This document shows positions 18,878 to 29,030 of a stretch of DNA of 64,000 nt, in pieces. The position numbers were made by a program, and so were the translations under genes. This DNA comes from Thermoplasmatota archaeon. GTDB lineage: Archaea > Thermoplasmatota > Penumbrarchaeia > Penumbrarchaeales > Penumbrarchaeaceae. A model generated the notes under the pieces. It was not told the origin of the DNA. It did no database searches and worked only from the letters and a program-made list of their open reading frames with translations. Positions within the stretch are counted from its first letter, which is position 1, and the number at the start of each line of letters is the position of its first letter. The stretch lies in NCBI GenBank assembly GCA_965234725.1, contig CBDDUX010000040.1, positions 45,660-109,659 on the forward strand, in the 5' to 3' direction.

Positions 18878-19450
18878 ATGGTGATAAATATCAATACTCT
18901 GAGTTTGAAGGATCTCAGTAAAAAGGATGTTGTGAACTCCGATGGGAACGTCATCGGGAGAATCGAGGGCGCAATAGTCACTAACCAGGGTAATGTAAAT
19001 TTCCTTTCTGTGAAGTTGGAGAAGGATGTGGTCTCTGGTCTGAGGACCAAGCCTAACATACGACAGGACATAGAGATGAGGCAAATCGCAGGAATAATGG
19101 ACAGAGTGGTGTTGAATCACCCACTGAACGGATTTGCAAAGTATTTCCGACAGCACAAAGAGAAACACGATGGGGAGCGGCTTATGGAGTTCACCGACAC
19201 CAAAGAAGATTCCATTGGAACCGTCGAGGATCTGATGATCGAACAAGATTCATGGAAGGTTCCCGATATCCGCGAAAAGGTGAACACCAATGAAAAGGAA
19301 GCCTTGGAAATGAAATCTATAAAGCCCGGCGGCGATGAAATCGCCATTTCTTTAAAAAGTATAAAAAATATCGGGGACATGGTTATGCTGAAAGTGACCT
19401 CCGATCACCTCAACGACATTTTGGAGTACCCTCTTCTAATAGGGGAATGA
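18878..19450 (+). CDS. Tandem PRC-barrel domain protein
   Basis: LSKKDVVNSDGNVIGRIE, IGTVEDLMIE..SWKV, I.NIGDMVML. Confidence 0.75.
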   Translation: MVININTLSLKDLSKKDVVNSDGNVIGRIEGAIVTNQGNVNFLSVKLEKDVVSGLRTKPNIRQDIEMRQIAGIMDRVVLNHPLNGFAKYFRQHKEKHDGERLMEFTDTKEDSIGTVEDLMIEQDSWKVPDIREKVNTNEKEALEMKSIKPGGDEIAISLKSIKNIGDMVMLKVTSDHLNDILEYPLLIGE

Positions 19451-19719
19451 GAAGAACTTCGGCTTACAACACAACATCCCACCTTAAAACCAGTAATAGA
19501 GAGATATTTCCCCGTTCGCAATTGAAATCCCTCTCTATCCATCCGAATAAAAAGGTGTTGGGGAGTAAATTAATATAATGATGGGATGGCAACCGCGGCT
19601 ATGCGGTTATTCAAGGCAAAGAGATGATTTACGGGTTTTAACTGAAAATCTGATTATTGCAATCCAGATAGCCGAGGATAAGAGATGTTACTAATAATTA
19701 CTAAAATAATAGGATAGTA

Positions 19720-20652
19720 CTAAGACCGATTTTTTAAGAACACTGGCCCGGACAACAGTTTGTCGATCTCCTCGATAAGCCATTTCTCAACGTGGATGTG
19801 TTCCACATCAATGTTCGATCTGACCTCCTTGACTCCATCCAGCTTTTCCAACCATTGCGAGATCTCCTTAACCTCCGAGGCATTCGCGCAGTGAACGATG
19901 AAAAGCGAATACTCCTGAGGCGCCGTGTGGGTCGAGACGATCCGTTTGATCTCGGACTGGAACTTTGCATCTATGGCTTTTTTCTTGTCTGCCTCACATA
20001 CGATCCAGAAACGGGTCGAAACCCCACCACCCTTCCTCACATCTAGCAGTGGATCAAGGTAGAACGCATTTCCCTCGACCAGTTTTATCATGTGTCTCTT
20101 GACGGTCCTGGTCGAAAGGTGAAGGTTTTGAGCGACATCCGAGAGTTTCCTTCTTGCGTTCATCCTCAGATCATGGATGATCCGCCAATCGGTCTTGGTG
20201 GGGGTCAACCTACAAGTTGGGAAACCGAGCCTCCATGAAATTGGGGTCGGGCAACCACAGATGGAAGCGATCAGCTGGACCTGCCTTTTCAACCTATCTT
20301 CGTTCTCGAAGAGAATGTGGACCGCGATCTCGTTTCCATAGAAGTCTTCAATTAGCGTAACCCCCTCCATGAGGCTGAGACGGGAGATCACATCGCTTTT
20401 GGATTCCTGGTCCTTTACACATAGCTCTACTATAGAGGCTTTCCGACCAAGCAGAACTGGGTTGAGAATTAGCTGCCATCCCTGTAAGAATCCTACATCG
20501 TTCATGTGGTGGAGTCGTTTCCGTACGGTCTCTTCGTCCATTGACAACCCTTTGGCCACTGTGCCAAGGGAGATCCGAACATCCCACTGGAACGAGTGGG
20601 GGGATGACATTATCTTGATTATATGTATATCAATGTCATCCGGTGTCCACAT
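19720..20652 (-). CDS. Duplicated Lrp/AsnC-type wHTH transcriptional regulator
   Basis: Two HTH modules: DDIDIHII..VAKGL.MDEETVRKRL and TKTDWRII..LRMNARRKLSDVA..L.LSTRTVKR. Confidence 0.82.
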   Translation of the reverse strand: MWTPDDIDIHIIKIMSSPHSFQWDVRISLGTVAKGLSMDEETVRKRLHHMNDVGFLQGWQLILNPVLLGRKASIVELCVKDQESKSDVISRLSLMEGVTLIEDFYGNEIAVHILFENEDRLKRQVQLIASICGCPTPISWRLGFPTCRLTPTKTDWRIIHDLRMNARRKLSDVAQNLHLSTRTVKRHMIKLVEGNAFYLDPLLDVRKGGGVSTRFWIVCEADKKKAIDAKFQSEIKRIVSTHTAPQEYSLFIVHCANASEVKEISQWLEKLDGVKEVRSNIDVEHIHVEKWLIEEIDKLLSGPVFLKNRS

Positions 20653-21206
20653 TTACCATCAACATTATTCAAATGGGACAGAATAGATATAAGTGTGTCC
20701 ATAAATGTGGTGTAACTTAGGCGTGGAATTATACCGGAATGATCCTTTATTGTTTTGGAATTGGTGTGATTCCATGCAAAAACCGAATACTATTATTGAT
20801 TTTTCAACCCCTGAGACGGACAGGTCGAGGGAGATCTCGAACCTGGGATCGATTAGCTTAGATTCTCTTGGTAAAAGTGACCTTGGGACCAGGACAATCC
20901 TGCTTTTCAGGTATCCTCAAAGGAGGACATTGGACCCGAAATAATACTTTTATCGGATCCATATGGAGTGGGTCTAATATCAGTAATTATGATCGAACTC
21001 AATATCTTGTCGCTACAGTATGAGGTATCATTCGAAAGAGATGATGGAGGGCATCGCCTTTAGGCAAAATATCTTCAGGTGACGATATTGACTATCGGTA
21101 TTAAGCAGAATGGACTTGAAAATCAAAATCTGTCCATCGGTGCCATATAGGTTAGGATAGGATTTAACCGTGGTTTAGCTATATTATGATCTAAGGTGAT
21201 AATAAC

Positions 21207-21401
21207 ATGTCAGAGATAATGACGTTCGTATGGTTGGTAGTATTGTTTGTGATAATCGCATTCGTTGCAGGTTTCTTCGGATTTGGTCTTCTTGCCGGAA
21301 TTGCGGGTCTCATAGCAAAGATATTGTTCTTTATCTTCCTGGTCGTATTGGTGATATGGGTTTTAAGATTCTTTTTAGGAGGACGCCATCATCGGTTTTA
21401 G
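21207..21401 (+). CDS. DUF1328-family small membrane protein
   Basis: FVIIAFVAGFFGFGLLAGIAGLIAKILFFIFLV; AAGGTGA SD. Confidence 0.85.
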   Translation: MSEIMTFVWLVVLFVIIAFVAGFFGFGLLAGIAGLIAKILFFIFLVVLVIWVLRFFLGGRHHRF

Positions 21402-21493
21402 ACAGATACGATCTACAGTTGATAATAAACCAACGATAGATTACATCGGTAGAATGAATGGCAAGATCGAAGCTTGGCCATCTCTATAGAATA

Positions 21494-21525
21494 AAGATCG
21501 GCGTGTGGGATCACACGCCGATCTT
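21494..21525. repeat. Perfect 14-bp inverted repeat (hairpin; terminator or REP-like)
   Basis: AAGATCGGCGTGTG-ggat-CACACGCCGATCTT. Confidence 0.8.
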
Positions 21526-22405
21526 CAATAAGTTCGCAATAAGCATCGGCAAGGTAGTTCCAAAGACAGGCCAAATAGACCTATGTCTTTAATGAGGTTT
21601 GAAGAACGAATATGTATTCACCTTCTCTAATCTTTTTTTTTCGCTTCCAGTAACTGTTATCCACCATGATCAGTGGTATTATTTCATACCTGCAACATGT
21701 TAAAGATTACCCTCCATGAGGATAATTCAGAAAGTCCGCTTGTTTCAACTCCTGGAATATGGTAGGATAATGAATGACAATTCATGCCTTCATTTAAGAT
21801 ATTGAATAACCTGTTAAAACAAATACGCTCAATGGATCATCAAGAACAGAACATTAAGATGGTTGTTATTGTAGGTAATATATTCACGGTGCTAATTGAG
21901 ATAAATGGGGTATCCACTTTACTCCTAAAAGTTTTATGATATAATGGCATATAACGGCAGATATTATCTAAAATATATTGATATATAAATATCTTTGTAA
22001 TTGCAGATTTCATGTGTCTTTGGGAGCTAAGTGGATACCCCAATAAAAAATATTGATTTTTTAATGAATGTGCTTATGGCAAGCTAAATTATAAAAATGA
22101 GAAATACATTTCTGTAGCGTGGAAGGATTCATTTTTCCTATATGTCAATATTTTTAATCCTCTCTTCCCAATCCACGGGACCTTTCCACCTGAGAGATCA
22201 AGACCCATGTCCGCATGTGTGTTTAAATCTTTCACCTTTGGAGATCTTCAAGGATGGCCCTTTATGATCCGAAAAACCCACCCTGCCGACTTTAGAATTC
22301 CGATAACAAATATACATGATTTTAAGAGGATCATACCAGAAATGTTAGAAAATAAAGAAAAGAAGAAACATGGTCCTAAAAAAACCGTAGACTCGCCAAG
22401 AATAG

Positions 22406-22867
22406 ATAGCAGACCTATACAGGACTACTCAGCCGGTGATCAAGTATGAGTTGAACGACCTGGTGGAACCGGGAGGAACCAATTGTCCCTGCGGTTCATC
22501 TTTCAGGATAATAAGAAAGATCCATGGAAGGACGGATGATATCTTTATTCTCAAGGGAAAAGGAGGGGAAAGGAAGTACCTCTTTCCTGACTATGTAAGA
22601 AGGGCAATGATCACCGCTTCGGACGATATTGAGGATTATCAGGTATTGCAACATGATACGAATACCATCGAGGTCAGGTTGGTAACGTCGCAAGGCTCCA
22701 ATATAACTGGGATTAGGAAAAAGGTCCTTGAAAATCTGAACATGAGAGCAAGAAGGGTCGATGGTAACCTGGGCCATGTCACATTTTCAGATGAGCCTCC
22801 TTCCCGGAATCCGAGATCGGGGAAGATGATCCGAGTGGTCAGGATGTTCAAGGAGGATATCAAATGA
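22406..22867 (+). pseudogene. C-terminal fragment of a phenylacetate-CoA ligase/F390 synthetase-like adenylate-forming enzyme
   Basis: IADLYRTTQPVIKYELNDL...CPCGS.FR.I..IHGRTDD...SGKMIRV; in-frame TAG at 22403, N-terminal part absent. Confidence 0.8.
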
Positions 22868-23889
22868 AGATCATGGTCGTCTCCGATGAACCTCTTCTTG
22901 AAATGTTCATGGGTTTTCCAGAAAGTGTCTACAAGAACGATGATGTCTGGTGTAAAGAGAATGGGGACCGGATCATAGGGATGAAAGCCTATTCGGAATC
23001 AAGAGGAGGTTTTTTTCAGTTGTACCTGGTCCTGGATGAGGGAGAGGTCCTTGCAAGAGCTAGTGGTTCCCTGGATCCAAAGGCTGTCATTGATGGGAAA
23101 ATGATCGGATCCTTGGGTCATTTTGAGGCTTTGAAAGGACAGGAACTGGCCGTTTCCATATTGTTCTCCACGATCGAGAATGATCTCAGAAGGGAGGGCG
23201 CTTCCACCATCATAGCCCCCAGAAACGATATCATGACCCTTGGCCTCCAGATCTCCGGTTTCGGACTTCCTCAGACCTGGGGAACACCCCACAATCCAGA
23301 TTATTACAGGGACTATTTTGAAAAAAATGGATATTCCAAGAAAGAGGACCTCATAACGTTCATCATGGAAGATGATACTCCGATGGAATCCTTCGATGAT
23401 ATCGGGGATATAAGGATCAGATCCATCAGGAAGAAGGAACCGGAAAGTGAAATAAAGATATTCAACCGGCTCAACAATGCCATATTCTCCTCTCATGAGA
23501 ACTTCATCCCCAGGACCATTGAAGAAGATAAGATGATCATCGGGTCCATGCTTCCGCTTCTGGATGAGGACCTGGTCCTATTTGCTGAAGAGGAAAATGG
23601 AACACCGGTCGGACTCCTTGTCAGCATCCCCGATCACAATCAGAGGTTGAAAGAGGAGAAGATCACCAGGGCCAGGCTGATAACTATTGGCGTATTACCC
23701 GGACATACAAGGAAAGGTATAGGAAAGATGATGGGAAAACGGTTGAAGGAAAACCTATTGAAAAAGGGTTACAGGGAGCTTGAGGGGTCCTGGGTCCTTG
23801 AATCGAACCTGGCTCCAATGAAAGGCGCGGAGTCCATTGGTGCATCCGTTGGAAGGATCTTCAGATTGTATTCAAAGGACCTGGATTGA
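22864..23889 (+). CDS. Double GNAT-fold N-acetyltransferase (YghO-like)
   Basis: GHFEAL, PHNPDYY..YFE..GY.K, IGVLPGHTRKGIG, SWVLESN. Confidence 0.8.
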   Translation: MKIMVVSDEPLLEMFMGFPESVYKNDDVWCKENGDRIIGMKAYSESRGGFFQLYLVLDEGEVLARASGSLDPKAVIDGKMIGSLGHFEALKGQELAVSILFSTIENDLRREGASTIIAPRNDIMTLGLQISGFGLPQTWGTPHNPDYYRDYFEKNGYSKKEDLITFIMEDDTPMESFDDIGDIRIRSIRKKEPESEIKIFNRLNNAIFSSHENFIPRTIEEDKMIIGSMLPLLDEDLVLFAEEENGTPVGLLVSIPDHNQRLKEEKITRARLITIGVLPGHTRKGIGKMMGKRLKENLLKKGYRELEGSWVLESNLAPMKGAESIGASVGRIFRLYSKDLD

Positions 23890-24046
23890 TGACTGAAATT
23901 CAGCCCGATAATTTTACAAATGAAGACACTTCCCTTTTTCCTTCAAAGACAGTATCGGTGCATAAATTCCCGTTGCACCTTCACTAATTATCGGCAGTAG
24001 ATGTGGTCCATATTCATGGATCTTGGAATCAGGATCATTTGGCGGC

Positions 24047-24472
24047 CTATACTCCCATATGTTTTTCGATATGCTGTTCCAGGACCCTCATGGGAACGGC
24101 TCCGGTCACCCTTTCCACCAGTTCCATGTTCTTGATGAAAAGAATTGTAGGTATCGACATGACCTTGAAAGTTTGGGCCGTCTTTGAATTCTCATCGATA
24201 TTCAACTTACCAAACACTACCTTCCCCTGATATTTTCCGGCAAGGTTCTCAATTATCGGTGTGAGCATTTTACAGGGAGAACACCAGGGTGCCCAGAGAT
24301 CGATGACCAGATTGGGATATCGGGAAACCATCTGCCTGAAATTATCATCGGTCACAATGACAGGTCTTCCAGGCCAACCCTTTTTCTCATCGATCGTCTT
24401 TAATTCCTCATTCAACTTCTCTGCCCTCTTCTTGCGAAGAGCGATGAGTTCAGGATCTTCCTCGTTTTCCAT
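24047..24472 (-). CDS. trxA: Thioredoxin
   Basis: DLWAPWCSPCK, KLNIDEN, VMSIPT, GAVP. Confidence 0.93.
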   Translation of the reverse strand: MENEEDPELIALRKKRAEKLNEELKTIDEKKGWPGRPVIVTDDNFRQMVSRYPNLVIDLWAPWCSPCKMLTPIIENLAGKYQGKVVFGKLNIDENSKTAQTFKVMSIPTILFIKNMELVERVTGAVPMRVLEQHIEKHMGV

Positions 24473-24692
24473 TAAGTCACCTCGCTTCCAATAAGGGAAG
24501 GTGGGATTTACTTTGACGTTGAAATGTTAGCCCCCTGATCCTCTATTATGTGGAATGGCAGTAGTGCAAATAATGCTGATCATCAAAACATCTGCACTAC
24601 GTTATACCACATAACCTCTGTTAGCATACCTCTGGCTTCAATTATTTATATCTCCTCCTACCATCAGGACCTTCCTCGAAGGAAGACCATAG

Positions 24693-25640
24693 ATGAATTA
24701 CAAGAGAAGGTCCGTTGTTATCGCTCTCGGAGGCAATGCGATAACACGAAAAGGAGAAGCAGACACCATTGCCAATCAGTTCAGGCATACCAGGGAATCC
24801 CTTCCTCCTATCACGAAGATGGCAGCACAGGGATACAAGATGGTTATCACCCATGGTAACGGGCCGCAGGTTGGAAACGCTCTTTTAAGGGTTGAAATGG
24901 CAAGAAGTGTGGCTCCGGACCTTCCACTTGGAGTCCTTGTTGCAGACACTGAAGGAGGGATAGGATACATGATCGAACAATCCCTTCAGAACGGCCTCCA
25001 CAAGCTTGGGATCCAAAGGGACGTAGTGACCTTGGTCACCCAAACAGTGGTTGACAGGGACGATCCATCGGTGAAGGACCCCAACAAGTTCGTTGGTCAG
25101 TTCTATGAAGAGGATAGAGCAAAGGAACTGGCTGAAAAGAACGGCTGGGTCGTCAAAGAGGATAAGGGAAGGGGTTGGAGGAGGGTCGTTCCTTCGCCGA
25201 TCCCTAAGAAGATAGTCAATTCGAGGGTGATCAAGAAGCTGATGAACGATGGTATAATCGTTATTGCAGCTGGAGGAGGGGGGTCACCGGTATACCACGA
25301 GGATGATGGAACCCTTGAAGGTATCGACGCTGTAATAGACAAGGACAGAGCATCGGCAGTCCTTGGGACAGAGATCGGAGCACATACTTTCCTGATCCTC
25401 ACCGAGGTAGATGGTGTCTATCTTGATTTCGGCACTCCTTCCCAAAGAAAGCTAACCATGTTATCCCGAGAAGATGCCATGAGATATCTGGAAGAGGGAC
25501 AGTTTCCCAAAGGTTCCATGGGCCCCAAGATAGAAGCCGCAATACAATTCCTGCAAGGCGGTGGAAAGAAGGTGATCATATCCTCGATTGAAGAAGGTCA
25601 TCTTGCCATAGAAGGAAAGGCCGGGACCACCATCATTTGA
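24693..25640 (+). CDS. arcC: Carbamate kinase
   Basis: VIALGGNA, THGNGPQVG, RRVVPSPIP, AVIDKD, GSMGPK. Confidence 0.95.
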   Translation: MNYKRRSVVIALGGNAITRKGEADTIANQFRHTRESLPPITKMAAQGYKMVITHGNGPQVGNALLRVEMARSVAPDLPLGVLVADTEGGIGYMIEQSLQNGLHKLGIQRDVVTLVTQTVVDRDDPSVKDPNKFVGQFYEEDRAKELAEKNGWVVKEDKGRGWRRVVPSPIPKKIVNSRVIKKLMNDGIIVIAAGGGGSPVYHEDDGTLEGIDAVIDKDRASAVLGTEIGAHTFLILTEVDGVYLDFGTPSQRKLTMLSREDAMRYLEEGQFPKGSMGPKIEAAIQFLQGGGKKVIISSIEEGHLAIEGKAGTTII

Positions 25641-26784
25641 GAGCTTCCACTCCCGAGAACCTCCTGTAGGGGTCGAATCCCTTTAGCACTATGCTATCAT
25701 TACCTGCGGACCTTTCCGTAATATCCCTGGCAGCGATCTCTCCTATTCCAGGACCCAGCATGTAACCCTGACCGCACATTCCGGTCAGATGATACAGGCC
25801 TTTTACTTCACGGTTCCATCCGACTATAGGTGAACCGTCCGGTGTCATTGGATAAAGACCCCTCCATACCCTTCTAACGCGTATGTTCTTAAGACGGGGG
25901 AGAAGGTCGACCATTCTCCTTGCTACCTGGGGCAGGAATACTGATGTCTCCCTCTTGTCAATGCCAGTTATTGGTGGATCAGGTGTTATACAGAAGACAA
26001 CCTGACCATGAAGGTTCTGGTAGAAGTAGTAGTTCTGGGATCCTGGTCCGGGTCTCAGGTCCACAACCATGGCCGTGAAGAAGCTCTTCACAGGTTCTGT
26101 TATGGCCCCTTCATGCGATTCCGGGATAACCGGGAGATCGATCCCCGCCGGGGAGCATAATTCAGTGGAGAATGGACCTGCGGCATCAACCACGATAGGT
26201 GCGAAGAAATTGGTATCTTGAGTGCCGACCCCGATAACTTGGCCGTTCTCGATAATAAGGTTCTTTACCTCCTCCTTGAATTTGAAATCAACGTCGTTCG
26301 CAATTGCATTTCTATAGAATGCATTTGCCGATATAAGGGGTGATGCCGACCCGTCATTCGGGGAGAAGGTCCCTCCCCTGAGGTCCTTTGGATTGATACC
26401 CGGAACAACCTCTATGATCCTGTCAGCGTCCACGAAATCTATCTTGAGGCCGTATTCCTTCTGTATCGGAAGGATACTTCTGAGAGCATTTTCTTCGATG
26501 TCCCTGTAAACCGGAAAAGTGTATCCTCCGGCCATCCATTCGATATCATCACCGTACTTCTCTTCCCATCTGGAGAATACTTCAAGTGACCTAAGGGATG
26601 TGATTATCTTCGCAGGATCGGAATGGGTCGCTCTGATACCGCCTATCGCATGCTTGTTCTCCCCCTGACCGGGAGATGGTTTCCTGTCCAGGACCAGGGT
26701 CTTTAACCCCATCTCTCCCAGGGACATCGCAAGAGGTGTGCCGACCGATCCCGCACCTACGACAATAACATCATAATCACTCAT
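25633..26784 (-). CDS. FAD-dependent amino-acid dehydrogenase, beta-type subunit (proline dehydrogenase/sarcosine oxidase/DAO family)
   Basis: VIVVGAGSVG, RVWRGLYPMTPDGSPIVG, GMCGQGYMLGPGIG. Confidence 0.85.
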   Translation of the reverse strand: MSDYDVIVVGAGSVGTPLAMSLGEMGLKTLVLDRKPSPGQGENKHAIGGIRATHSDPAKIITSLRSLEVFSRWEEKYGDDIEWMAGGYTFPVYRDIEENALRSILPIQKEYGLKIDFVDADRIIEVVPGINPKDLRGGTFSPNDGSASPLISANAFYRNAIANDVDFKFKEEVKNLIIENGQVIGVGTQDTNFFAPIVVDAAGPFSTELCSPAGIDLPVIPESHEGAITEPVKSFFTAMVVDLRPGPGSQNYYFYQNLHGQVVFCITPDPPITGIDKRETSVFLPQVARRMVDLLPRLKNIRVRRVWRGLYPMTPDGSPIVGWNREVKGLYHLTGMCGQGYMLGPGIGEIAARDITERSAGNDSIVLKGFDPYRRFSGVEALK

Positions 26785-28858
26785 CCGGACCACCTCCGTC
26801 CAGACCTGCAAATGCACCAAGCGGGACCTCCACGAAAAGAGGTCTGTCCGTCCTATCGGTCACATCTTTGAGGGCGATCCCCTCTTCCCTGAATATTCGA
26901 TATATCATCGGTCTGCATGTTTTGGACCCGCAGGCTCCCAGACCTGCTCTGGTGACTGCTTTGAGGTGGTTGAGGTCCCTGACTCCCTCTCTGATGGCTT
27001 TTCTGATCTCACCGGCTGTGACCCTTTCACACCTGCAGACTATCGCTTCATCAGGCAGAGGGGCATTCTCATAGGTATCCATGGGTTCCGATGATATTTC
27101 CTGGACCCATATCCCCACTATCTTCCTGGCCTTATCTTTCTCAACACTGAACTGAACGAGAAGGGTTCCCGGATATTTCGGGTTCTTCACAACGTTCTTC
27201 ACAGCATACCTTCCAAGAATGGCGCCATCATTATCTGTCAATGCCACTTCTTTTCCGACCTCGATCTTCTCCCTCCATACCTCGTATGGAAGTGTTATCA
27301 CAGGATTTTTCGGGTCCTTCCTGAAATCAACAAGTGTGATGGCCAGGCCGGGGCAGATCCCGACACAGCTCATGCATCCGATGCATTTACTGAGGTCCGT
27401 CATGTATGGAAGGCCTGTTATCTCGTCCCTTTCGGTCCTCAATGCATTAACGGGACATACGGATGTGCAGGGATTGCAGGGGACCTCCTGGGAGCAGTGG
27501 AATATCGGGAATACTCCATCTTCTTTGTCAACTTCTTCCCGGGGTTTGATCGGACCAGGCTTGGACTTGAGTACAGCCGCCTTCATCTCCCATTCAACTG
27601 GGATCTCTCCCTGGAATACACCAAGGTCCTTTGCGATCTTCAACCCCTCTATCCTCCCGGTGAACATGGCTGCCGATGCTTCTGCGATCTCCTGTGCATC
27701 ACCTGCAACGTATGATTCGAAACCAAACTCCTGCGCCTTCTTGTGGAACTCGTTCACCTCGTCAAGCCCCACAGCTATCAGGACCGTGTCAACTTCATAT
27801 GTACGGGAGGTCCCCGGAATGACCTTCCAATCCTCGTCAAGCCTGGCTACGGTGGCCCTTTCCACCTTGCCATCACCTTCAGCGGATACTATCGTATGCC
27901 TTGTTAAAATGGGGACACCCAGCCTTTTTAACTTGTCCGCATGGACCTTGTAACCACCAACGTTTGGCAGGGCTTCAATAAGGGCCGCAACCTCTATTCC
28001 GGCCTGTATTGCATGATAACCAGCGATCAGACCCACATTGCCTCCGCCAACGATAAGGACCCGGTCGGATGCTTTGACAAGGTCCCTGTTGACAAGAGTC
28101 TGGAAGGCACCGGCACCGTAGACGCCCGGAAGCGTATTTCCGGGGAATGAGAGCATCTTCTCTCTTGCACCTGTCGCGACAAGGACCTTCTTCGGTCTGA
28201 TCATTTGGTAGGAACTCTCTTTGACAACACCCACGATACCATCGGAGAACACTCCGACTGCAGTTGTCTTCAACCAGATGTCAACGGACTGGAACTTCTC
28301 AAGCTCTTGCTGGAGGATGCTGCCGATCTCGTACCCTCTTGTTCCGGCATATGAATCCTCAACTGATCCGAAGAACTTATGGGTCTGTAGGACTAGCTTT
28401 CCCCCCAGCCGGTCCTTGTCATCCACAAGAAGGGTCCTTATGCCCAGTTTCCCAAGCTCTATTGAAGCTGAAAGACCTGAGGGGCCCCCTCCTATGACAA
28501 GGACATCAACCTCGGTCAGAGGTACCTGAGATGGTTCTGTCAAACTGTCATCCTCCGGCAGTTCCGGAAGACCTTCGACACTTCTCACATCCATGTTCTC
28601 CAAGAGAGGTGTCATGCAGGATTTGACGGGCTTCCCATCTGCAATAACAAGGCATTGTGCACATTGTCCATTGGCACAGAAGATACCTTGCGGACTACCA
28701 TCCTTGACATGGTGGCCGAAAACATGAATATCGTTTGCTATGAGGGCGGATGAGATAGGTTCACCCTGGAATCCCTTCAATGCATTACCGTTCCAGAGAA
28801 AGACTACTTCCTTCCTCTCGGGAACCTCTAGGATCGGATGTTCATAGATTCTTCTCAT
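26777..28858 (-). CDS. Fused alpha-type subunit: 2Fe-2S + FAD oxidoreductase + 4Fe-4S ferredoxin + BFD-like 2Fe-2S
   Basis: GIFCANGQCAQC; GGGPSG; ATGARE; GGGNVG; CSQEVPCNPCTSVCP/CIGCMSCVGICP; VCRCE..GACGSKTC. Confidence 0.88.
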   Translation of the reverse strand: MRRIYEHPILEVPERKEVVFLWNGNALKGFQGEPISSALIANDIHVFGHHVKDGSPQGIFCANGQCAQCLVIADGKPVKSCMTPLLENMDVRSVEGLPELPEDDSLTEPSQVPLTEVDVLVIGGGPSGLSASIELGKLGIRTLLVDDKDRLGGKLVLQTHKFFGSVEDSYAGTRGYEIGSILQQELEKFQSVDIWLKTTAVGVFSDGIVGVVKESSYQMIRPKKVLVATGAREKMLSFPGNTLPGVYGAGAFQTLVNRDLVKASDRVLIVGGGNVGLIAGYHAIQAGIEVAALIEALPNVGGYKVHADKLKRLGVPILTRHTIVSAEGDGKVERATVARLDEDWKVIPGTSRTYEVDTVLIAVGLDEVNEFHKKAQEFGFESYVAGDAQEIAEASAAMFTGRIEGLKIAKDLGVFQGEIPVEWEMKAAVLKSKPGPIKPREEVDKEDGVFPIFHCSQEVPCNPCTSVCPVNALRTERDEITGLPYMTDLSKCIGCMSCVGICPGLAITLVDFRKDPKNPVITLPYEVWREKIEVGKEVALTDNDGAILGRYAVKNVVKNPKYPGTLLVQFSVEKDKARKIVGIWVQEISSEPMDTYENAPLPDEAIVCRCERVTAGEIRKAIREGVRDLNHLKAVTRAGLGACGSKTCRPMIYRIFREEGIALKDVTDRTDRPLFVEVPLGAFAGLDGGGPDE

Positions 28859-29030
28859 GATCGACACCCCGACGAAAATGATGTCTGGAAAGCGGAGCGT
28901 CCCCTGCAATGAGATACTTTTAAAAAATCCTTTGGTAAGAAGGGATGTCAGGTTTCGGTCCGGCCACCGAAATTCTTAAAGTCAACACTAGCTAATCGCG
29001 TATTATTAAATATTATCAGGGGACAATAAG

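Noticed and set aside
20810-20860. CTGAGA...GAACCTG resembling a TPP riboswitch
   Set aside because: Lacks the following AT..GG.TAAT.CC.GCG.AGG arm, and there is no thiamine-related gene downstream
20705-22449. Short ORFs 20705-20944, 21840-22043 and 22207-22449
   Set aside because: No recognisable motifs or start signals; likely spurious or decayed DNA
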